DNA from: Octopus bimaculoides
Lineage: Eukaryota
Length of the DNA stretch: 45,622 nt
Reading direction: 5' to 3'
Assembly: GCF_001194135.2 (NCBI RefSeq)
Contig: NC_069004.1
Span: 32,237,572 to 32,283,193, forward strand
Shown: in pieces, positions 11,102 through 20,500 of the stretch
How the letters are laid out: each line of letters starts with the position of its first letter
Numbering within the stretch: the stretch's first letter is position 1
The notes under the pieces: model-generated
What the model was told of the DNA's origin: nothing
The model's database searches: none
What the model saw: the letters and a program-made list of their open reading frames with translations, nothing else
Translations under genes and position numbers: made by a program

Positions 11102-12706
11102 GATAGATATACGAGAGAGAGTTCGTTACATGGTACAGGTTTGGTGGGAACAAATAGGATATATAGAACTAAGTATAGAAAGTATATAGTATATAAATAT
11201 TTTATTTTCAATTGTCAGAAAGTTACAAAAGTGACACAAGTGCCAAGAGTTCTAGTGTCACACACTAAAATCTGTCCTTGAGTCACTTTCACCACTTTCT
11301 GCCACTTGAAAATAATAAAAAAGAAGAAAGAAAAATGAAACCAACATAACATGTATGGGTTATTAAACACATTGAGATTGAAAAGAAAAATGTGTTCAGT
11401 CCAGGTCAAGCGATGTCAAACAACCTATGATTCAAAACCCTCCAACCGTGACCCCCCCCCTCCCACGACCGACCTTCGTAACACAGATCTAGGCCAAATG
11501 TATTCATTGGTTTATCTGTTGAAAGGTGATGAAATTCGAGCCACCACCACATCAGGGTGTAACTTCCACTTATTTAGGTTTGGACAGAGGTAAAGAATGC
11601 GTACACCACCCGTTTTCGGCGTAACCTTGACCCTAAACGCCGAAAACGGCTTGTGTGCGTATTTTTTTTACCTTCGCCTAGGTTTGTATTTCATTTTATT
11701 TCTGCAAGTGTCTCTGCTATTGTCCGAAATATCTAGATACAACGGGACGAAACTCGTTAGAAGAGACATTAAACAGTTGAGCTAATCTTATGGTTCTCAA
11801 CGGGGTCCGATGAGATTTTGTCGTTAAAAACTTATGTGCAATAAACTGGTTATACTCCTTACTTACTATACACAAAATATTTTGATTTTTTTAAAATACA
11901 ATTCTTCATATTAGATTATAACAAATATAATAGGGAGTTTTTAGGCATCGAATGGCTATGAGAGTTCCCTACCACCACCAGAGTAAGAAAAAAAAGGGAT
12001 GAAAAGGATCATTGAACTAACCAAATATATAAGGTAGATGCGTTGAATGGATTTTTGGAATAATTAGAGCTATCATTCACAATCTGAGAGAAGAAAAAAG
12101 GACGATGGGTTGTCCCTTAAAGTTTTTAATATTCCTGTGTTTTTATGCAATAGGGGTGAACGATTGGAAAAGAATTTGTTTTTTTAGATCCCAAATTAAC
12201 TTTAAAAAATATTTTCACTCCTCAATTCAGTGGTTACTTTGAAACTCCGTTAAAAATAGTTGTGGTTGAAAGGTTAAAAAAGATAATGCAATTTAGAAAA
12301 TAACATTAATAGGCAAATAAAGGAGATAAAAATGAAGTTTCGAAGGTCAAAGAACGAATATCAACATTTAGAACCGTAACACATATTATACATACAGGCT
12401 TAAAATTCAACTTATGACGTTTCGAGTTACGTCTTTTTCGACTTCCGTCGGTTTCTGCTAACATATTACAAGCAAAACACTAAATAAACAACACACCTAA
12501 AAACCAATACCGAAAGTGGGGAAATCAAAATATGTGAAAAATACGAACAATCCATTTATGAAAACATATATAGGCTAAAACATTTTTCAGTGGTTTTTTT
12601 TCTTCTTCTTATACGTCGTTTTTTGAGTCAAGTAACATATTTGGGAATCAATTACCGACGTAAGTTGAGTTAAGCCTGGAAATGTACACACACGTATCTA
12701 TATGTA

Positions 12707-12911
12707 CAGGGTGTCCACAAAGTCTGGGTACATGGGGATTAACACATACTTTAAAAAATTATTATTTCTTATATTTAATTGTTTATGTTATTTTATTTAC
12801 TTCATGTACCCACATGGGGATTAACACATACTTTAAAAAATTATTATTTCTTATATTTAATTATGTTATGATTTTATTTACTTCATGTACCCAGACTTTG
12901 TGGACACCCTG
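12707..12911. mobile_element. Tc1/mariner-type MITE, 205 bp
   Basis: Perfect 28-bp TIRs CAGGGTGTCCACAAAGTCTGGGTACATG, TA target duplication on both sides, internal tandem duplication of about 82 bp. Confidence 0.92.
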
Positions 12912-14026
12912 TATATATAACCGTCAGGTTTAAATAAACCAGCTGTCTTTAGCGGATGTCCTCTTTCCATTGCAAGTACTCTTAGACTGGATCGGAAAGC
13001 AGCTACCTAGCTTCGATCCGACTAATTTTGGAGAACACCAAATGAATTAAAATAGGTGTTGGCTGTGGTGAAGTCACGTAAAGGAAAATTAAAAACAAAA
13101 AAAACATATACGAGTCCCATTTTTGTTGTTGTTGTACTGTGTAATCGTTAGATTTTACATGTAGTTTTTGGGTCACAAATCGGGGAATTGAAGGATTTCG
13201 GAAGAGAAAGGATTAGAAAAGTAGGGGCGACTACAATAAAGGGTAACTGGGGACCGATGTTAAATGAAATGGCGGGAAACAATAATGAAAACAAAAAAGG
13301 AAGATAGAAAGACAAGGAAAGAAGATGAAGTGAAATCAAGAGATCTAGAAAGAGAGGGAAAATTTGGATGACGCCATGCTTTGGAGGCAAAATAACTGGG
13401 AAACAAAGGGTTAAATAAACAGGGTTAACATTTATAAAACAATAAAAAATCGATCTTTTTTTTTTTTGCTTGCAATGTTGAATATGGAACAAACTGAATA
13501 ATTTTCGTGAGAAATTGTGAGAAAACTGAGAGACAGACATAAAATAGAGTAAGACACCCTAAACTTACATCATTATCATCCTTCGTCTGTTTATTTTCAA
13601 ATAGAAAACATTGACTCCGTTTAGATATACCACAGGTTATATATTATATTATATATTTTAATGTTGCCAACACAATTTGCCTTTTTTATTATTATTTTTT
13701 TTGGGGGAGTGGGACTTAAAAGTGGGGGATCATTTCAAAATGTGGATTGGAGAAAGCGGACTGCATGTCTTTTTGATTTGTACTTTTAATTGCGGTTTTA
13801 ATTATTTTGTTGTGATACAAAAACGAAGTAAATTATTATTTTATTACACAGTAAATTCTAAAGAAAGGTCGGGTGTTTAATTTAGGGAGTAAACAGTAAC
13901 GAAACGCAATCATCAAATATGAGAATTAAAAGTATAATAATAATAATAATAATAGAGTAATTATTATGTGTTTATTTATGCCTGGGCGTGGAGTGTTGTG
14001 AGTTTAGGAAACAAAGATCAGACAAG

Positions 14027-14032
14027 TTTATT
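14027..14032 (-). terminator. Candidate polyadenylation signal of PGRMC (about 1 kb 3-prime UTR)
   Basis: AATAAA on the minus strand followed by a U-rich stretch (CTTTGTTTCC). Other hexamers nearby are also possible. Confidence 0.3.
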
Positions 14033-14036
14033 TACA

Positions 14037-14076
<40 letters not shown>

Positions 14077-15015
14077 ATATAAGAAGATATGATATTATTA
14101 GTATTTTTAAAATAAAATAACAGCTCACAATATACACTGAATCAACTTGAATAACAGGATTTTGAACAATCTCAACACAAAAATATATCAAGCAACCATT
14201 TAACCATCTGGCCAATCCTGTTACAATGAAACACATTCATGTATGAAAGTGTACACTTGGGCAGCTTATATATATATATATTCACACATTTATGAAAGTA
14301 TATTTATTATGATGTATTGTGTATGTACTTTTGCGTATATTAACAGCGTAGAATGTAACTTATATACATACATATATATATATATAAACAGTGTAGGGTA
14401 TAATTATGTCGTGTGATATACGTGTATATAAATGTTTGTGAATGTGCATATGTGTAATTGTCTATGTGTATATATATATATATATACACACACATACATA
14501 CATATATATGTATATATATATATATATATACATATATAATATATACATATATATAAAATATATACATACATAGAGAGACAGAGAGATATTTACTGAAAAC
14601 ATTTAAATCATAACATTAAAAGGCCAAAACAACGTAATTTTCTTTGAAAACATTGAATGACATTCCATCCCAAGTACTTACCAAAAATCTTAGATTTTTT
14701 TAAGGAGCTGAACAAACTTCTTTTTTTTTTGAAATTGCAAATATTATTAATAATAATATTATTTTCTTTTATTTATGTATCAAAAAATTCCATTTTTTTT
14801 ATCATGTGTTGTGTATGTTTTTTTTTTAATTAAATTTCATCATTTGAGAGTTTGGGTTTTTTTGTTTTGCTCGTGTTTATTATTATNNNNNNNNNNNNNN
14901 NNNNNNNNNNNNNNNNNNNNNNNNNNNNNNNNNNNNNNNNNNNNNNNNNNNNNNNNAAAAAAAAAAAAAAAAAGGAAATTACTCGTAAACATCAGCATCA
15001 TTATTATTATTATTA

Positions 15016-15654
15016 TTATTGGCTTTTCGTGTCATCTTTATGAAGCGAAGAGTCACCATCTTTCCCGCTGCTTTTGTCAGTGTCTCCGTTCGGACTCGAT
15101 TCATCCTCAGAATCTGTATATTCCGTAGGTTGTTCACCGTCCCTTAATAACTTACCAACAATGTCATATTTTTCCGTAAATTGCATTTCCCATTCTTGCA
15201 TGCGACTCATTTCGGCCGATGTCAAGTCACTGAGGTCGTCATATTCGTTTTTTAGCGCCGATTCCTTCACAGTAAACAAAGCCAGGGCCCGCGAAGCATC
15301 GCGGCCAGCGAAGACCGCGTACGGACCGCCGGGTCCATAGAACTGTTTACCACGGGTAACATCAAATATTTTACCGTTGACAGCTATACAAACCCGACCG
15401 TCTTCGTCAGTGCCATCGTACTTCCTGAGTTCTTCGATCGTCATGTCTTTCTTTTTCATGCGAGGTATTTCCTTTTCAGCAACATGTTGCGGGCGTGGAG
15501 TCTGTCTGCTGGTCATTATCTTATAAAACAGGAAACTACTAATAGCCAGAAGGATAACGTTTAAAGGGTTAGAAAATACTTCATTGAATATATTCCAAAA
15601 CATGTCTGTGTAACCATCTCCTCCACTCTGTAGTTCTTCTTCGTTACTCGCCAT
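15016..15654 (-). CDS. PGRMC1: Membrane-associated progesterone receptor (PGRMC/MAPR family), single-exon CDS, 212 aa
   Basis: Uninterrupted ORF. It has an N-terminal TM helix (NVILLAISSFLFYKIM) and a cytochrome-b5-like domain (MTIEELRKYDG...IAVNGKIFDVTRGKQFYGPGGPYAVFAGRDASRALA...LKNEYDDLSDL...FTEKYDIVGKLL), followed by QPTEYTDSEDE. It aligns by eye along its length with human PGRMC1 and is probably co-orthologous to PGRMC1/2. Confidence 0.97.
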   Translation of the reverse strand: MASNEEELQSGGDGYTDMFWNIFNEVFSNPLNVILLAISSFLFYKIMTSRQTPRPQHVAEKEIPRMKKKDMTIEELRKYDGTDEDGRVCIAVNGKIFDVTRGKQFYGPGGPYAVFAGRDASRALALFTVKESALKNEYDDLSDLTSAEMSRMQEWEMQFTEKYDIVGKLLRDGEQPTEYTDSEDESSPNGDTDKSSGKDGDSSLHKDDTKSQ

Positions 15655-15889
15655 TACGACAAATATTTTTTTTTTAATCCTTTTTACGTATGATAAATAT
15701 CCTCTTTCGAATAACAGGATACGACAGTATCTTCACCTTGTCTTGGATAGTTCAGTTTATTTCGTTAGCTTGTTATTAGTAATAGCGTGTCTATGTGTTC
15801 ATGCGTGACGAAGAAAGCCTGGCAAGTCCTAGCCATGCATGGAGGATCCGCTAAACAACGTTGTGGACGTCCACTTCTTTAAGCGGTGA

Positions 15890-15898
15890 CTGATTGGT
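15890..15898 (-). promoter_or_regulatory. CCAAT (NF-Y-type) box upstream of PGRMC
   Basis: Minus strand reads ACCAATCAG about 240 bp upstream of the PGRMC ATG, in CpG-retaining sequence. Confidence 0.5.
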
Positions 15899-17559
15899 CT
15901 GTTACACCGTTTCTTCACCGCTGACCTGACCCACATATACATAAGACATACTACATATATATATATATATATAAGGTGACTACACACACAAACTGTTTCC
16001 TTTTGCTTCTTCCTGGCGTTTGCTATAAACAAGCCAAATAGGTTTCTTGGAACAGAATCTTCCTGCAGGCACACACAACTTTTATTCTAAGATGTAGCTT
16101 TATTTATTGATGACGCGGCCAACGAGGCAGTAACTACATGGTTGCTCGGCCTAGTAAAAAGAAAAAAGCAACCAGATTTCACATATATATCCGTGTGTTC
16201 ATTCGTGACGAGAATAAAAAGGCTTGCCAAGTCGACTGGCCAGACGTGGAAAATCTGTTAACGTTGTATACGTTTTGTANNNNNNNNNNNNNNNNNNNNN
16301 NNNNNNNNNNNNNNNNNNNNNNNNNNNNNNNNNNNNNNNNNNNNNNNNNNNNNNNNNNNNNNNNNNNNNNNNNNNNNNNNNNNNNNNNNNNNNNNNNNNN
16401 NNNNNNNNNNNNNNNNNNNNNNNNNNNNNNNNNNNNNNNNNNNNNNNNNNNNNNNNNNNNNNNNNNNNNNNNNNNNNNNNNNNNNNNNNNNNNNNNNNNN
16501 NNNNNNNNNNNNNNNNNNNNNNNNNNNNNNNNNNNNNNNNNNNNNNNNNNNNNNNNNNNNNNNNNNNNNNNNNNNNNNNNNNNNNNNNNNNNNNNNNNNN
16601 NNNNNNNNNNNNNNNNNNNNNNNNNNNNNNNNNNNNNNNNNNNNNNNNNNNNNNNNNNNNNNNNNNNNNNNNNNNTTTTTTTTTTTTTTTTTTTTGTAGC
16701 AGTGCGGCCCGCCTGATGATGTGTCACGTCTCAGGCGACCCATTTCTCGAAGAAAGTTGTTCATGCTTCATACAAACGATCGAACCAACGAGACTGTCAC
16801 TTACGGGGTCGCTCGGCCAGCAAGAAATAGCAGTCAAATTTTTACACTAGAGCGTCATTTTTATTTTATTAATTCAATACGTAGCAGGGTTATAAAGCGA
16901 TCACCGTCTCTGTCGCTCTAATAATTGTGCCAAAGGACACAGTTTATGCTTATAAAAAAAAACAACAAAATAAAACTAAAAAAGAAAGAAAGTATAGTCA
17001 CGCCTGGGGGGACACCTATGATAGTAGGTCTGCTGAATCACGGTTGATCTGGAATAAAGAACTAATATATATATATCAGGAGAGAGAGAGGTCGCTCAAC
17101 CTGTTCGAAATAACAGCCAAATCTCATTCAGAAATGTTGGAAAATGTAGTCCGATATGTAAGTAAAAGATGGGATGGTCACGACTGGAGTGTCTTTGACG
17201 ACAGATCTGTTTGATCGAGGTTAACTTGAAACTAATTAACAATGCGGGACAGTTTCTACGTGGTCGATTGACCTAATTAAAAAGAACAGCTTGGTAAGAT
17301 GCTTGCAAGACAACCACATGTTTCCGGGTTCAGTTCCACCGCGTGGCACCTTGAGCGAGTGTCTTCTACTATATAGCCTCGGGCCGACCAAAGCCTTGTG
17401 AGTGGATTTGGTAGACGGAAACTGAAAGAAGCCCGTCGTATATATATGTATGTGTGTGTGTGTGTGTATATGCTGGTGTGGTTACGTCCCAGTTACTTAG
17501 CGGTTCGGCAAAAGAGTGGACCTTTTCCTATTCTTCAGTGTGTTCCTTTTTCTAAATAA

Positions 17560-18060
17560 CTATAGCGAGTGATTTGAGAGATATTTGGCTGCTATTACTA
17601 GCAAATCGAGCGACCACGTAGTGGGTTATTCGCTGGCATATTGATAATGATGTTTGTTATTGTCGATGTTGTTTTACTCCTTGGTCAGCTCTTTGATCAA
17701 AAGCATACCGACCGTGACCCTTCTGTCTTTTTTCTCTCCTCTACTCAAGGAGCCCAGGACTGTATTATGCAACCAGTTCTTTGTCAAGATGTTAGGAAGT
17801 GACTTGAGAGATTTGGCTGCTATTTCTAGCAAATCGAGTGACCACATAGCGGTTTACTCGTTGGCACCTTCTCAGTGTTGTTTTATGTTAACCCCAGGTC
17901 AGCCCTGGTCGAACAGATCTATCACCAAAGGCATTCCAGCTGTGACCATCCCATCCTATCCCGTCATTTTTTTAACCCAATGATTTCTTTCTCAAGATGG
18001 TAGCGAGTGAATCGAAAGAGCTTTGCCTGCTGTTTCTAGCAGATGGATCTTCCACGTAGA
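17560..18060 (+). repeat. Cluster of three copies of an unclassified short repeat (GAGAGAT-TTGGCTGCTATT-CTAGCAAATCGAG-GACCAC-TAG); also at about 7325, 26230(-), 44775
   Basis: Direct visual alignment of copies starting at about 17561, 17797 and 17999. Confidence 0.6.
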
Positions 18061-19424
18061 TATAAACACGTGTTCGGGTCGTTGACTGTGTTACGCTAAA
18101 TAAACAGAACAGGTGACCCCGTTATTAAAGCTCCTTTTACAATTGTGTGGCATAGAAAATGGGATGAGAAAGGCTCTTAAGGCATTCATTATGGAGGTTT
18201 TTCTGAGGGACCCACGATTTTATTTACTATTCGTTTTAAACAAAACAGTTTTTCATGTTTAATATTGATTTAAAGATCTGACGCATTTTCGTAACGGTAT
18301 TTTGTATCTTTTCTAAGTTGTTTCTCGTGAACAAACTTCAACAGTTTCAGCTAGAGGTTCTCAACCTTTTTAATACAAGGGCCAGGTCCAAAACCTGGAT
18401 TAGAAGGTGGGGATGGAGGGAGCACCAAAAAATGTAAAACAAGTCGACCAAAGACGAATTTCCCACCCCCAAAACCACCCTTTTTACAAATTCTTTTTTT
18501 CGACACGGGAATTCGAATCTGCAAAATAATTGGCAAAAATCGACATTTCTAAACTGAGAAGCAGGCGCCATTTTAATGCTTTGTTTTCCCCAGGAAGAAA
18601 AGGGAATGTTTCATTGCTTAAGATTGTTGTCTAGTTTCTCTTTGAAGCGCAAGAATGGCTTTCCTGTTGGTAATTGGCCAAAGAGAAGCTGCTTTGCAAT
18701 TCTAATATCACTCATACATGAGAGATGACCTGACCATGTGTATATATATGGATGTGTGTGTGTTACTGTCTCCTTGCTTTGATACTATGTAACAGTTGTA
18801 AACGAGCATCACTGTCATATAAGCAGTGTCGTTCATTTCTAATCTTTTGATAAAACATTTCTAGCCACAGGAGAAATATTACCTTACTTAGAAATAGGCA
18901 AGGGTTGGCAACCAGAAGAGCAAATGGCCATAGAAAATTTGCCTCAACAAACTCCCTCTGTTCTCCGCAAACATGGAAAAGTCAATGTTAAAGACTATGA
19001 AACAATGATGAATTAGTTTAATATATATTGTCAGAGCTCTGTAGATTCAAGGAATTTGAAATAAGATTTGTAACGAGGTGAATATTTAATTACGTTCAGA
19101 ATTTAATATGTTAGATATATCTCCTAGTTTTTGACCATTTGATTTGGTTCTGACCTAGAACTTTTTTTTATCAAGACTGGAGAGATAACAAGGTTGGTAA
19201 CCTTAGTAACATACAAATGCAAAAATGCTGTGTAATCATGATTCAGCAAGTTGAAGTTGTTTAGTCATGCATTTTGGTGTGTTTTGCATCGTGATGCACC
19301 AGAGTGCTGAAAGCTGAAAGGGTTGGGTTTCGTTTTAACCCTTTGGTTTTGGGGTTACTCTGTCAAATGTATTAACGTTTTGAATCATGAATTATAATGC
19401 ATTATAGGTGGAGGCATGGCTGTG

Positions 19425-19915
19425 TGGTAAGAAGCTTGCTTCCCAACCACATGGTTCCGGGTTCAGTCCCATTGCATGGTACCTTGGGCAAGAGTCTTCT
19501 AATATAGCCTTGGGCCGACCAAAGCCTTGTGAGTGGATTTGGTTGATGGAAACTGAAAGAAGCCTGTGATGTATATATGTGTGTGTGAGTGGATTTGGTA
19601 GATGGAAACTGAGAGAAGCCTGTCATGTATATATGTGTGTGTGTGAGTGGATTTAGTAGATGGAAACTGAAAGAAGCCTGTCATGTATATATGTGTGTGT
19701 GTGCGCGCATGTGTCTGTTTGACCCCCCCACCACTGCTTGACAATCAATCTAGGCTTGTTTACGTCCCTGTAACTTGGCAATTCAGCAAAAAGAGACTGA
19801 TAGACCAAGTACCAGGCTTTAAAAAAAAGTACTTGTGTTGATTTATTCAACTAAAAATTCTTCAAGGAGGTGCTCCAGCATGGCTGCAGTCTAATGACTG
19901 AAACAAGTAAAAGAA
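19425..19915 (+). mobile_element. tRNA-derived SINE family B with CORE-like segment. Other copies: 1412-1860(-, split), 3310-3600(-), 5980-6240(-), 7960-8320(+), 10170-10320(+), 17290-17515(+), 20560-20700(-), 27140-27320(+), 35455-35825(-), 38760-38905(-)
   Basis: A box TGGCTGTGTGG and B box GGTTCAGTCCC, then GGCACCTTGGGCAAG (resembles the CORE motif GACCTTGGGCAAGT), an internal (TA/TG)n, and a tail ...GGTGCTCCAGCATGGCC-CAGTC. Confidence 0.85.
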
Positions 19916-20084
19916 AAAAGAAAAAAAAAATCTCCCACTTACCTTTAAATTCAATACCTTGTAATATTGTTTTACCTTGTAATTTCAATAGATTTTATTT
20001 GCTATCTGCTTTATCTTTTGTTTGAATATAGCTAGAGATAAAGTAAGGCTGTCAACAAATGGTTTGAAAGAAGTTAATTTTTTT

Positions 20085-20500
20085 AATCCTCGGCTGGAAG
20101 ATAAGCTGAGAGGTCATTCAATGCAATATGGAGAGTCTATACCTTGAATAAAAGAATCAAGCTGAAACTTCTCAACACCCTTGTCTTGTCTGCAGCATTT
20201 TGTGGGAATGGAGCATGAAACCTAGGGTTTCTGGGACCAAATGACAGAGCATTTTGGGGAGTGCTGTGAATCATTTGGGTGGCCCTTTAGATTAACCAAT
20301 TCAGTTGTGGATTGAGAATGGAATAAAATTTAGTGGTGATGGTCACACAATGAAAACTGCTATATTTTGGCCAGGGTCTCTGTTCCTACATTTCCAGTGG
20401 TTGTGTGGACAGAAAATGAGCTCACAGGTGGCAAAGTGAAAAATGGAGTGATGATATCAAGGACTGGATGAAGAGGCCCCTTTGGTTAACTGTAAGGCTG
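20085..20500 (+). mobile_element. Decayed RTE-type LINE ORF2 C-terminal fragment
   Basis: IWRVYTLNKRIKLKLLNTLVLS and KWSDDIKDW remnants with stops. Confidence 0.65.

Noticed and set aside
12412-12445. CTCGAAACGTC on the minus strand resembling a hammerhead 3-prime half
   Set aside because: No CUGANGA-like core, and stem II does not pair. At most a relic.
13148-13540. 130-aa hydrophobic minus-strand ORF
   Set aside because: F/L/S-rich translation of a pyrimidine-rich tract downstream of PGRMC, with no recognisable motif.
15074-15340. 88-aa plus-strand ORF
   Set aside because: Antisense shadow of the PGRMC CDS.
16721-16760. CTGATGA within a GCCTGA/TCAGGC hairpin, considered as a hammerhead or C/D snoRNA (similar CTGATGA at about 56, 24131, 31066)
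   Set aside because: No correctly placed GAAA after a stem II, and no convincing D box with terminal stem.
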